From Flammeovirgaceae bacterium (GTDB lineage: Bacteria; Bacteroidota; Bacteroidia; Cytophagales; Cyclobacteriaceae), in the NCBI GenBank assembly GCA_016712035.1, contig JADJRT010000009.1:95822-159821 (forward strand): DNA of 64,000 nucleotides, in the 5' to 3' direction. Made by a program: the position numbers and the translations under genes. Positions within the stretch are counted from its first letter, which is position 1; each line of letters begins with the position of its first letter. Below the pieces are notes generated by a model. That model searched no databases. It was not told the DNA's origin and worked only from the letters and a program-made list of their open reading frames with translations. This document shows, piece after piece, positions 42,354 through 53,714 of the stretch.

Positions 42354-45300
42354 TTATCGAAGCAATGCCACACCCCCGCGTTGTTCCTGAATTCCTTTAT
42401 CCGGCCTGAACGAACTGACATATTTAACAACGTACGCGTATGTTCCTCCGGGCAACGGCCTACCTAAATTGTTGTTGTAGCCACCGTTCCACTTAAAATA
42501 TCTATCCTTCGATTCAAAAACCAATTCGCCCCAGCGGTTGTAAATGAAAATCTGAAAGTTATCGGTAATGAAGTACGTGTACACAAAGAAGTCGGTGTTG
42601 GTAGTTACCGAACTGGTGGGCCTGAAAGCGGTAGGTGCAACAATTTTAGGTACGCAATTATTATCCACTTCCGTTTGATCGCGCGAAACGCAACCGAAAG
42701 AATTTGTAATATCCACTTCATAAAGGCCTTCACTATCGGCTGTAAGAACACGTTGTGTATAATTTAAAGTCAGATTGTTCTTGAACCAGTTGTACGAAGT
42801 AAAATTTCCAGGATCCAAATCGATACTGGCTGTATTCGGATCGTTATTATCAGGGTCGTTGCAAATGATTACACGGTTTGGCAATTCACCACTGGGAAGT
42901 GGCGCTTTGATAACCTGAATCTGCGCGGGTGTTGTACAACTTCCTTTGATAACATCAACCCGGTAAATTCCGGCAAGTGTTTGATTGATTACAGCGGTGG
43001 TTGCTCCACTGATTACCACATTATCCCGAAACCATGCGAACGTAACTCCTGTGGCATTGGTAGTGGCCGTTAATGTAAAAGGTTGGTCATCATCGCAGGC
43101 GGGAGTACCGGTAACCGGTGCGGTAATTAATCCGTTAACTTCCACAGTTTGAGGTGCCGACCGAACAATGCATCCGTTTGTTGTGCTTACAACTTCCGCT
43201 TCAAAAGAGGCACCATTGTCTACTGTTGTAATGGCGATTTGTTGTCCCAATCCTGTCAAGACCCCATTCCTAAACCAACGGTAAGTAAAACTTCCTGTTG
43301 GCTGTGCTGATAAAATAACCTGATCCGCACAGGCATTTGATTGTGTGAAAGTAGGTGAAATGACTTCGGGTACATCTACAAGAATGCTTTGCGTTGCAGG
43401 ACATCCGGCACCGGTAACATTTACTGTATAGAAAACAAAACCTGCTACGGCTTGTAATTGTATGGTTGGTCCGTTGGTTGGGCCTACAATACTACCGGGA
43501 ACATTCGTAGACCAACTGTAGGTTGTTCCACCTGATGCGGTAAGGGTTGGTATAGCAAGACATAAATCTGGAGTAATGGAAACGCTGACAGGTGCGGCTG
43601 GTGTAACAGCAAAATTGTTAATGTTGAAAATGCAACCCGTGTTGTCGCGCACTTCAATAGTATAAGTTCCGGCTGCTAAGCCAGGTACGATATCAAACAC
43701 GGCAGGTTGGCCAGCCACCGGTCCAATAACTTGTCCTGTTCCATTGTTTGTAACGGTGTATTGCAACGGAAGTGCAAATCCGCCCACGGTTGTTACTCGT
43801 ACTGTTACCGGATCGCAATTAGGCGGTTGAGCCAGTGCCGAAGCGGTAAACGTTGCATCAGATAATCCAAATGAACTTGAGATTGTACATCCCGAAATCT
43901 GATCACTCACAACAGCAGAAAAAGTACCTGCCCGTTGTCCAACAATAGGTCCAATGGTTGAAGGAGCAACTTCATCAATACCTTGTTGATTAAAACCAAA
44001 TGGTCCTGTCAGGAAATACGAATACGGACCAGCCGGTGGTACGGATGCATTTAATTGTAAACTGATGGTACCTGTAGCCGTTCCGCATCCAACAGGATTG
44101 GTTCCGCTCAATGTAAAGTTTGGAGATACATTAATCGTAAAGACTTTATCATCGGTTATGGTACAGGTTGTCACCGGATCGGTAACGGTTACATCGTAAG
44201 TAAACACACCGGGCAATGACGTATCTACCGCTTGTGTTTGGATGGTGCTTGCATTGACCCCATCTATTTGCCACAGAATTGTCATGCCGGGGTTTTGTGC
44301 ATTTAGTGTTGGGGTTGCGTTATCTTCACAGATAGTCAGATCTGGCCCTAGGTCAACTTGCGGTCGGTTGTCAGATACAATACTCTGCGCGAAAGAGAAA
44401 CATCCATTTGTGTCGGTATTGGTCACGGATATAAAGGCCTGATCATTAATAGTGATCATTTGTGTTGTTTCACCACCCGACCATAAATAAGTAAGTCCCG
44501 GAAGGTTGCCGGTGTTTGCATCGAGCGTTACAGAACCCGTACATAGTACAGCTGCACCCGGTATGGTGGGCGGAGGCGGAGGACTAAATACCTGAACTTG
44601 TTTTATAATCGTAGTATCCAGACTACATCGGTTAGTAAGCCTCATGGAAACGGTGTACAAACCCGGAGCGGCATATAAATGAACCGGAGATGCTTCCGTA
44701 CTACTGCCACCGTCACCAAAAACCATTGAAAATTATCGATAGCGTCAGTAGCCGTGCCTGCAAATCTTGTTGAGTCACCAAAGCAAATACCCGTGAATTC
44801 AAAACCCGGACCACCAAAAGCGTTGCTTTGAATCTGAACAAAGTTCGGTAAGCCGAGTCGGCTGTTCGTAGCAGACAACAAAGCAAAACCAGCTGGATTG
44901 TAAACAGAAAGTTGTGTGGTGTCATCAACAGCTTGAATAGTACCCAGGGTTCCACTTCCATTGATGGCCGTATAAATCTGACCATCGGGGCCCAATTGTA
45001 ATGCGCCTAATTCAACGGTTTGCTGAATCCGTTGTTTGAAGAATGGTCGCTCTAAAGAATCAAGAAAGTATTCAAATATTTGTGATGGGGAAGGTGATCC
45101 TTTTACTGTAGCAAAGACTTTATTACCCCCGGGTGAAAATTCAATTCCATATACCTGCCCATTGGGTTCCTTCAAATCGATCTTACGATAATTATCCAGT
45201 CGGCCTGTGCTGTCGTTTAAAGTAAATAGTTCTATAAGATTGCTTGTGCCGGGTGTTGATAAGGCAACGGCCACATTATTTCTCGGCCCGATCTTCATAT

Positions 45301-47545
45301 ACCCCTCACCATTTTGTTGGGCTTTAAAGGTGTGATCAGAGCCAGCTTCTGAATACACCGGTTGACCAATGCCTTGTTGCGTAATAGGATAGGAGCGAAA
45401 TACATTGTTACCATATTCGTGAACAATCAGCCAACGCCCGTTGGAGGTTACGCGCTCCGTACTTTTTGAAAAGAGCAACACATTTTTTTCGACCAGTGCG
45501 CCTACGCCCGAATTTAATTTGAGATCAAATAAAGAATATCTCAATTCGAACAACGAAGTGCCACTGACAGCTGGAGTTGTAAAGATGTAGTAGAGCGTTT
45601 CATCACCCGGCACAGGAACAATAATAGAAGACTGTGAGGCTGTTGGATCACCCCCAATACCTGAATCAATCTCCGTATCCGTTTTGTCATAAACTTTATC
45701 TCCATCGGTATAAAAGATCACATCGCCATTCCGATCGCAAACTATCGCACAACCTTCAGGCGCATCCATCGCGCTGTTATCCAATGGTACAGGAGGTTGT
45801 TCGTTAAAATCAATGCCGGCCGAGTTTCCAAAATGCCAGATATTAAATCGCTGATCCTGCAACCCATATTCTTTTACATTAACTCCGGCATAGGCAGAAC
45901 ATCCCGAAGCATCGGTAACCACCACATAGTAATAGCCAGCAGAGTCGGGTGTGAGCGTATCACCCAAATCACCGTTTGACCAGGTAATCGATGCCGGTGT
46001 GCCACCCTGAATGGCTACTTTAACAGAAAATTGCGTTGGGCTTGAAGTGCCTCGCGGTGGCGGAAACTCGTCTTTACAAGCAGTAGTGTCTTGCACTAAC
46101 TGAAGTTGCAAGGCAAAAGGATTGATGGTAACCGGCAATGTGGTTGTATGAGTTTGACCGCGATAAAATGCATTGAGGGTAACGTTGAAACTACCTGCGC
46201 TGGTGTAGGTATATATTGGGCTCCAACTTCCTGATGATCCAACGCCATCGCCAAAACTCCATCGCAAACTATCTGCATTAGGCGTTACACTTGGGAAAAA
46301 GCTGGTTGGCGAATTCTGACAGATTCCGCTTGTTGTAAAAGCCACTGTCATTACAACGCTGTCTTGTGGCTTGAATGCCGGAAACTGCAAACCGTCAAAA
46401 TCTGTTGCTGTAAAAAGTGCTTGAGTATTTACAACCAGATTCGAGGTAGTGTCAGTATTGGTAAACTTGCCGAGTAAAAAAGGACCTCCTGAAACGGCTT
46501 GATATAAATGATAGATGGCGCTATCCGGGGCAAGTTGTAATCCATAACTTCTAAATACAGGTGCTGTGGCTACAGGGGCTAGTGTCGTGGTCGGATTTTG
46601 ATAATCGTATTGAAATACATTAGCAGCAATACCTGCATCGCCATGACGCGAAAGGTATAAATATTGTCCTTTCGTGTCCCACTCAATGTCATATATGGAC
46701 TGACTGTTTGTTGCGGCTGTGGCCGAATTAAAAATGAAACGATCGAAGGTGATCAAACCACTGGCGTTGTCAAAATTTAAGATCAATGCATCTGTGTTTG
46801 GATCTTGTGGTGACACTGCAATTTTACCGGTAGGTGCATAATAAGAGAAGTTTGCAACCGAAGTAGGGAAGCCAAGGCCAGACGAAACAATACTTGGAAA
46901 TGCCGCGGCCGCGTTAATTAATGTGGCCGCATAGCTTTGTGTACCATTTTGATGCGAGATAAGCCAGAAATCAGTTTGGTTTGCATGCGGTACCACAATC
47001 ATTCCTTCCGATCTATTTACTAGACCAGGCACTGCAATATTTTTTGCGCCAACCACACCCAAGGCCGGTGCTGGAAAAACAGCATTACCAAATTGATTCA
47101 AGTCAACTTCACTTTGACTAATCAATCCTCCGGTTGTAAAATTTGCTGAGTTAGTAAAAATATACCAGCGATTGGTTTGCCCAGGCATAGGAGCAATCGC
47201 TGCAGGTTGATTCGCATCGGGTTGCCCCGTAAGTCCGTTTCCATTAGGCATGGCGAAATGACAAGCGTCATATACTTGTACGCCATCGGTATAAAAAAGT
47301 AAGTTGGCTGTTGCCGGATCGGTGGCTACCGCAGAACCGCCACGGCCAAAAGGTATGGCTTGATTATTTACCGATTGAGCAACATTGGTTCCCCGGTTAA
47401 AACGAATTCCGCTGGTTGTACTTCCAAAATACCAGTTGTGTTGCGAAAGATCTTGTGCGAAAATTGTTGTAGACAGGGCAATGAATATAATACCAAGTGC
47501 CCCGATCTTTATTTCTCTAAACTGCTTTCCTCCAGCCCCTCTCAT
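42354..47545 (-). CDS. Large PKD/Ig-repeat surface protein with gliding-motility (T9SS type B) C-terminal domain; indel near 44720
   Basis: Two WxFG..GIxFN propeller-like modules, PKD motifs (WSFGDG, P.HLY..PG.Y.V), C-terminal PTAFRP...IYNRWGELVF...WNG...GTYAY...GGVALLR. Confidence 0.85.
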
Positions 47546-47729
47546 ACGTTTGACTTAGTTGATCTTGTTATAATCATGAAATTAAAACGTCAAATAACAC
47601 TAAAGTAATACAATTTGATCGAAAATATCGTTAACCAGACGAAAGCCCCCTATTTGTCGACAAATGTTTTTTTTAATGTTCTGAATGAATTTAATTTGCT
47701 TTGATTGAGCGTGCTCTAAACAATATTTA

Positions 47730-48773
47730 ATGCAGCGAATTCTCCTTTTTGTTAGTGTATGTATCTGGTTTCGGGTGGGTTCGGTAACTGCACAAGACCC
47801 ACAGTATTCGCAATTTTATGCTGCTCCGCTTTATTTAAACCCGGCCTTTGCCGGTGCTACTGGTCAAAATCGCATAGGTATCAATTATCGAAATCAATGG
47901 CCGGCCATCGATGCAAACTTTAATACCATTTCGGCATTTTATGATACGTACATTGAAGACAAGAACAGTGGCGTGGGGGTATTGCTGACGCGCGATCGGG
48001 AGGGTATTTTGGGACTGCAATCGATCAGCCTCGCGTTTCAATATTCTTATGACCTTCGATTGACGGAGGGTCTTTCTTTTAGACCAGGGTTTCAGGCAGC
48101 CATTTACAATCGTTCGATCAATTTTGATAAACTTACCTTTGGTGATCAGTTCGATCCATTAACAGGGGATATTATAAATGCACAATCTGCGGAAGCGTTA
48201 AACACAGGCGAGTCAAAATTCTTTCCGGATATTTCTGCGGGTGGATTATTTTATAGCAAAAGTGCGTGGTTTGGATTTGCGGCTCATCATTTAACACAAC
48301 CCAATCAATCGCTTATTGGTGAAGAGAGCCGGTTGCCTATGAAACTTTCGGGGCATGCGGGATTTAAATTTTATTTTAAGCCAGGCGAGATGGGTGATGG
48401 GTTTTATACCCGACCGCGCGAACGAAGTATAGCGCCCGCAATACAATACCGTCATCAGGGCGAGTTTGATCAGATGGACGTAGGTTTCTATTTTACTTTT
48501 GATCCAATTATCATTGGTACCTGGTACCGGGGTGTTCCTTTTAAAACGGTTAACGGATTTACAAACAACGAGTCGGCTGTGTTATTAATCGGCTTAACTA
48601 AAAGAGGACAAAAAGATATTCTTAACATTGGCTATAGCTACGACTATACTATTTCGCAACTCGGTGCCAGCAGTGGAGGGGCCCATGAATTCAGCTTAGT
48701 TTATTCGTGGTCAACGCGCAATCCGCGTAAGCCGGCAAAAGATAAGCTAATGATTCCGTGCCCGGATTTTTAA
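47730..48773 (+). CDS. PorP/SprF family T9SS membrane protein
   Basis: AQDPQYSQFY..PLYLNPAFAG, YRNQW, IGYSYDYTIS.L...SGGAHE. Confidence 0.92.
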   Translation: MQRILLFVSVCIWFRVGSVTAQDPQYSQFYAAPLYLNPAFAGATGQNRIGINYRNQWPAIDANFNTISAFYDTYIEDKNSGVGVLLTRDREGILGLQSISLAFQYSYDLRLTEGLSFRPGFQAAIYNRSINFDKLTFGDQFDPLTGDIINAQSAEALNTGESKFFPDISAGGLFYSKSAWFGFAAHHLTQPNQSLIGEESRLPMKLSGHAGFKFYFKPGEMGDGFYTRPRERSIAPAIQYRHQGEFDQMDVGFYFTFDPIIIGTWYRGVPFKTVNGFTNNESAVLLIGLTKRGQKDILNIGYSYDYTISQLGASSGGAHEFSLVYSWSTRNPRKPAKDKLMIPCPDF

Positions 48774-48780
48774 AGTTGCT

Positions 48781-48948
48781 ACTGGATGCTAGATACTGGC
48801 CGCTGGAAATGGCGACACATCTTATTGATTACTGAATTCTTATCTTGGATTGGCAGGTTAGAAAAGATGACGTTTGTGTTCGACCACTGATTACCGATCA
48901 CCTTTTACCATTCTCTATTTCTCTAGTATCAAGAGACCAGTATCCAGT
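48781..48948. repeat. Inverted 7-bp repeat arrays between convergent stop codons
   Basis: ACTGGAT GCTAGAT ACTGGCC GCTGGAA (48781-48808); reverse complement of 48922-48948 is ACTGGAT ACTGGTC TCTTGAT ACTAGA. Confidence 0.7.
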
Positions 48949-49923
48949 TATTCCTCACCATGTCCATCAATCTTACAAACATCGTCATAGCCTAAATGTA
49001 CCAACGCATCGCCTGCATTGGCAACGGGATTATTGTTTAGGCCTACAACATATCCTGCGGCTGGAGATTTAACATTTTCTTTAAATGCACCGAACGGATC
49101 GGTAATAGCACCAATCAGTTGGTTCTTTTTTACAAACTCGCCCGATTGAATGATAGGTTGAAAGAGACCGGCATACTTGGCCCGTATCCACGATGAACTC
49201 CAGATGATCTTGTTTTTTGTTAGTGGTGCCGGTGCCTCATCGATCATATTTAAATGTTTCATTAAACGAAGTGTGCCGTTTAAACCCTCTTCTATTGCCT
49301 GTTGATCGTATCGAATGGATTCGCCCCCCTTCATATACGATAATATTCTTTTCGTGTTTCGCAGCAGTTTGACGAAGTGACTGCGGACGAAACGGTGAAT
49401 CGATGGTAAACGGTGCATGAAAGGCCATGGCAAGTTCTGCATTTCTTTGATCTTCCATTACACATCGCACTTGCGGATAGTTTGTTCGCATGGAGCCCCC
49501 GGTATGAAAGTCAATACCATAATCAATAGCCGGAATAATTTCGTGCGTCATATGCCAGGCTACCCGCGATGCGAGCGAACCACCCTTGCTTCCCGGAAAG
49601 GATCGATTGATATCTTTTCCATCAGGTACTTCGCGTGAATAATTTAAAAAGCCATACATATTAATGATGGGCATACATAGTACTGTGCCACGCTTAACCT
49701 TATTGTATCCATTGTCGAGGATGCGCCTCACTATTTCCATTCCGTTAATCTCATCACCATGCATGCCTGCAGTAAGAGACAATACCGGCCCTTCTTCTAA
49801 TCCGCGATAAACATAAATGGGAGTATCAATAAGTGTGCGTGACGGAAGTCTTGCAATGTTAATATTGATTTCAGTGGATTCGCCCGGACGAATTATTTGT
49901 GATGCGATGGTTAGGTCTTTCAT
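48948..49923 (-). CDS. Succinylglutamate desuccinylase/aspartoacylase (M14-like) family protein, indel near 49330
   Basis: AGMHGDEING, DINRSFPGS..GSLAS, IDFHTG, YEGG; C-terminal biotinyl-like domain. Confidence 0.9.
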
Positions 49924-49948
49924 AGATTAGTCTATATTCTTGAGTATA

Positions 49949-50049
49949 TAGTAAATAGTATTAGTCGATAGTCAATGGTCCATGGTTAATTAGTTGTAAG
50001 AGTAACTTACCAAGGTAGAGATCCGACTATTGACTAAATACTATGGACT
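49949..50049. repeat. Inverted 7-bp repeat arrays in rimK-desuccinylase spacer
   Basis: TAGTCGA TAGTCAA TGGTCCA TGGTTAA (49962-49989); reverse complement of 50023-50049 is AGTCCA TAGTATT TAGTCAA TAGTCGG. Confidence 0.7.
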
Positions 50050-50050
50050 T

Positions 50051-50961
50051 TTAAGCATTAACCTTGTCCTTCTGGATTTTTTTCTTGCCGGCATGCTGCT
50101 CGATATATTCATAAAACTTGGATGCAATATCCAGTTTGGTTGCACCCTCAATACCTTCAAGGCCAGGCGATGAATTAACTTCAACGATTAAGGGTCCGCG
50201 TTTGGAAGGCAGCATATCGACACCGGCTACGCCTAATCCCATTTTTTTAGCGGCTTCAATGGCAGCATGTTTTTCGTGACGATCGAGTTTAACAACGGAA
50301 GCTACGCCACCCCGATGCAAGTTAGATCTAAATTCACCTTCGCGGGTTGCTTGTCTTTTGATGGCACCTACTACTTCTCCATTAACAATAAACGCGCGGA
50401 TGTCGGCACCTTTTGCTTCTTTAACGAATTCTTGTACAATGATTCGGGTTTTTACACCATGAAAGGCTTCAATCACAGATTGAGCAGCTTTTTTATTTTC
50501 AGCCAATACAACCCCCAAACCCTGCGTACCCTCAAGTAATTTGATAACAACGGGTGCACCGCCTACTGCCTCAATTACGCCCTCTGTATCTCTCGAGTAA
50601 TCCATAAATATCGTCTTGGGTAAATCCAGACCAGCACGCGAAAGAATTTGAAGACTGCGTAATTTATCGCGTGATCGGATTAACGCTTGCGATTCAACGG
50701 CACTAAAAACTTTCATCATTTCAAATTGACGAACCACCGCTGCACCATAAAATGTTACCGAAGCCCCAATGCGTGGAATAATGGCATCGAAATAATCAAG
50801 CCTGCGACCGTTATACCAAACCATCGGGTTTTCTTTTCAATCAAGAGCACGCATTTCATGTGATCGATAATCTCCACCTTATGGCCACGTTTTTCACCGG
50901 CTTCTTTCAACCTTTTGGTGGAATACAGCTTTGGATTTCTTGAAAGGATGCCAATATTCAT
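50051..50961 (-). CDS. rimK: RimK family alpha-L-glutamate ligase (indel in A-run near 50830)
   Basis: [66 protein letters not shown]. Confidence 0.95.
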
Positions 50962-51383
50962 GAGCTCTGTTGTTTGTGTTCGAAAGATAAATCTTTTTTA
51001 GTCACGTCAATTAAAAAGCGCTTACGCAGAATTTTGCGACCCAGCAATACCGGAAATCTCAGGTTACCCCGGTTGCTCAAAGAAAATTCGGCCTTTATCA
51101 GGTGATCGTAAATTTTAATGGATGTTTTGATTACATACCGAAGTTCGGCCTCCCCAAACGAATTTTTTATTTCTCTGCGATCAAATTTTTTAAAAGAAAA
51201 TTTCATTCCTGTAAACTCGGGATGTTCTTCATCCAAAAGTACGAACTCAAGTTTACCATCAACGATCTCCGCCCGGCTGCAATGTAAACTGCAGTTGTAG
51301 GCTCCGGTGTCTATCTTAGCATGAATATCCGTAAGCCCGAGGCCGGGTAAGTCAACACGATCCGATCTTCCAAGAGTATGCAT
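50958..51383 (-). CDS. RimK-associated retropepsin-like protease (RimB / ATP-dependent Zn protease family)
   Basis: AKIDTGAYNCSLH, IKNSFG..E.RY, LSNR..LRFPVLLGRK; overlaps rimK start. Confidence 0.88.
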   Translation of the reverse strand: MHTLGRSDRVDLPGLGLTDIHAKIDTGAYNCSLHCSRAEIVDGKLEFVLLDEEHPEFTGMKFSFKKFDRREIKNSFGEAELRYVIKTSIKIYDHLIKAEFSLSNRGNLRFPVLLGRKILRKRFLIDVTKKDLSFEHKQQSS

Positions 51384-51424
51384 GGTTAGGAGTATGTTTC
51401 AAGCTACCTCAATTTCTTAAAAAT

Positions 51425-51457
51425 AAAAAAGCCCTTCCGATAATTACCGGAAGAGCC
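51425..51457 (-). terminator. Intrinsic terminator after DUF2911 gene
   Basis: GCTCTTCCG...CGGAAGGGC-TTTTTT on the minus strand. Confidence 0.7.
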
Positions 51458-51480
51458 TCAATTTTCAGATTAATTAACTA

Positions 51481-51993
51481 TTAATCTTTTGATACTTTAA
51501 AAGAAACAAGGGTGTTCTCCCATTTCAGTACTACATTATTTTTTTCAACAGCGATGTTAAAGGTTTCAACAAAGCTGGCTGGACTGCCGGCCTTCACAGT
51601 TACTCTTATAACATCATCTGCTTTATTATATTTGTAAGCACCCCAATCGATGGTTTTGTTAACAATAATTACCCATTCGTTTTCTCCAGGGATTGTGTAA
51701 AGACCGTATTTTCCTTTGGCTAAGGATTTTCCTTCAATCTTTACATTTTCACTAAACTCAATAGAAGTTGTTGCATTTGCACCTGTGCGCCATACTTCTC
51801 CGTACGGATTGATTCCTCCCAACATCTTCCTGCCTTTAGCGGAAGGCTGGTGATAATCAATAGTTACTTTCACTCCATCAATGGTTCCTTCAGCTTTTGC
51901 TGGCGGGCTTGGCATTTTTTTGTCCTGTGCCATTACACTTAGCGAAAAGACTAACGCTATTAGCGTGAGAAATATGCTTGCTGGTTTTTTCAT
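51481..51993 (-). CDS. DUF2911 domain secreted protein
   Basis: Signal peptide (MKKPASIF...), SP.A, IDYHQPSAKGR, PYGEVWRTGAN, GKYGLYTIP. Confidence 0.88.
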   Translation of the reverse strand: MKKPASIFLTLIALVFSLSVMAQDKKMPSPPAKAEGTIDGVKVTIDYHQPSAKGRKMLGGINPYGEVWRTGANATTSIEFSENVKIEGKSLAKGKYGLYTIPGENEWVIIVNKTIDWGAYKYNKADDVIRVTVKAGSPASFVETFNIAVEKNNVVLKWENTLVSFKVSKD

Positions 51994-52118
51994 ACTGTTT
52001 TTGTTTGGTTTAAAATCGGTTTTGATTGTCACATATCGTGCCAGTTAGAAACGCAAGTTGCCTCTAAATGTTCGAAAGCTATCCGATTTAGTTGAATTAT
52101 TTTGACGAGCGGCTGCTC

Positions 52119-52421
52119 TTAAAGGAGTTGTTCGATTTGTCGCTTTAAAAATTCCGACTGAGCAACACCCGATTGGCGCCATTTGGGCTCTCCATTTTTA
52201 AACAAGATTAACGTAGGCACTCCTTGTACTTGAAATGACTGGGCTATTGACGGATTTTTATCAACATCAATTTTTACAATCTTTGCTTTATCACCTACTT
52301 TCTTTTTTAGGTCCTCCAAAATGGGTTTCATCATTTTGCAGGGGCCGCACCATTCGGCCGAAAAGTCAACCAGCGTAGGGGTATCACTTTTAATCAGTTC
52401 GAAAAAATCGCCTTTAGCCAT
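52119..52421 (-). CDS. trxA: Thioredoxin
   Basis: [20 protein letters not shown]. Confidence 0.93.
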   Translation of the reverse strand: MAKGDFFELIKSDTPTLVDFSAEWCGPCKMMKPILEDLKKKVGDKAKIVKIDVDKNPSIAQSFQVQGVPTLILFKNGEPKWRQSGVAQSEFLKRQIEQLL

Positions 52422-52422
52422 T

Positions 52423-52896
52423 TTAATTTGAAATTGCTTCTACTGAAGTTACCACAATTTTAGGGATCATGATTACATTCGATTTGATTGAGTTAGAAAT
52501 CAGGCAAGCTGCTTCAGCTTTTGATAGTACTCTTTCAGCACGCTCACGATCTTTTTCTTGAGAAATTGTTACAGTCGGTTCCAGAATTACTTCCGTCATT
52601 AAATACTTTCCCTCCACTTGCTCAAGCTTACCTTTAGAATCGCATTGGAATGCGATAAACTCTAATTTTGAATTTTCGGCAATAGCCAAAAAGGTAGTCA
52701 TTAAACAACTGCTTACCGATGCAGTGAACAAATGCTCGGGTGACCAGATACCGGGAATTCCTTTCGGAAATTCGGGCGGAGTAGCCACGGCAATGCATCC
52801 CGAGCCGTTAGTGGGCACATTTAATTCAGGTGAACACATGATTCCCTGGCGATCTTTATTCCAGGCAATTTGTACGTTGTAAAAATGCGCATCCAT
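52423..52896 (-). CDS. OsmC family protein
   Basis: [31 protein letters not shown]. Confidence 0.88.
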   Translation of the reverse strand: MDAHFYNVQIAWNKDRQGIMCSPELNVPTNGSGCIAVATPPEFPKGIPGIWSPEHLFTASVSSCLMTTFLAIAENSKLEFIAFQCDSKGKLEQVEGKYLMTEVILEPTVTISQEKDRERAERVLSKAEAACLISNSIKSNVIMIPKIVVTSVEAISN

Positions 52897-52901
52897 AACT
52901 T

Positions 52902-53215
52902 TTAAATTTTATTTTGAAGACTCATCCAACTTCCTCCATTAAAAACCTGTGTGTATCCTTTTGATTTCAACATACTTTTAGCTGCGCCACTGCGCATACC
53001 CGAAGTACAACAGGTTATAATGGCTTTATTTTTATCTGTAAAGCGATTTGTATTATTGCTCAACTGATCTACGGGTATATTTAATGAACCTCGTATATGC
53101 CCACCTGCGTATTCGCCCTTTGTGCGAACATCTAATACAATGGCTCCTTTTTTTACTAGTTCTGCGTAGTCTACTTTTGGTCCTAAACCAAAAGACTTTT
53201 TAAGGCTTCCATCAT
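52902..53215 (-). CDS. Rhodanese-like domain protein (not in ORF track; indel near 5' end)
   Basis: Manual translation LDVRTKGEYAGGHIRGSLNIP...ITCCTSGMRSGAA...GYTQVFNGGSW. Confidence 0.85.
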
Positions 53216-53506
53216 AATATAGAAACAGCTTGTGTTTGTAAATGATTCACGGATAACCACGAACCGCCATCATAGCAGCTAATTCCTTGTTGCTTTAACA
53301 GCTGCGAGGCCATGGCACTACAACCACCCGAGGCACAGCATAAAATAAGGGGGTAATTTTAAAGCTTTTACTTCTGAAATTCGTTGGGTTAGTTCGTTTA
53401 CAGGAATATTGATTGATCCGGCTACATGGCCGCCTTGAAACTCACCGGGTGTGCGCACATCTACAATAGTGCCTTCTTGATTTTGAATAATTTTTTCTAC
53501 GTTCAT
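53212..53506 (-). CDS. Rhodanese-like domain protein (indel near 53350)
   Basis: VDVRTPGEFQGGHVAGSINIP; shifted frame LCCASGGCSAMA...DGGSW. Confidence 0.85.
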
Positions 53507-53513
53507 ATTAAAT

Positions 53514-53714
53514 TCAGATTTTATTTTTTTCTTTTTGAAACATACTAAAAAGCAGGCCGCCCATCAGCCCACCATATAAAGAAGAATTAAGCGGACGGGA
53601 AGTAATAGGACAAGAGCCTGTTACACAGCCAATTTGTTGCCAGTATAAATATCCGGCACCTAACCCAATAATTACACCCACTAGAGTTGGCCAGTATTGT
53701 TTAAGAATTGTCAT
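53514..53714 (-). CDS. DUF6132-like small membrane protein
   Basis: GYLYW..IGCVTGSCPITS.P..SSLYG.LMG. Confidence 0.8.
   Translation of the reverse strand: MTILKQYWPTLVGVIIGLGAGYLYWQQIGCVTGSCPITSRPLNSSLYGGLMGGLLFSMFQKEKNKI

Noticed and set aside
48781-50049. Short repeats as a CRISPR array
   Set aside because: Units are degenerate 7-mers with no 25-45 bp repeat/spacer periodicity, and no cas genes are present.
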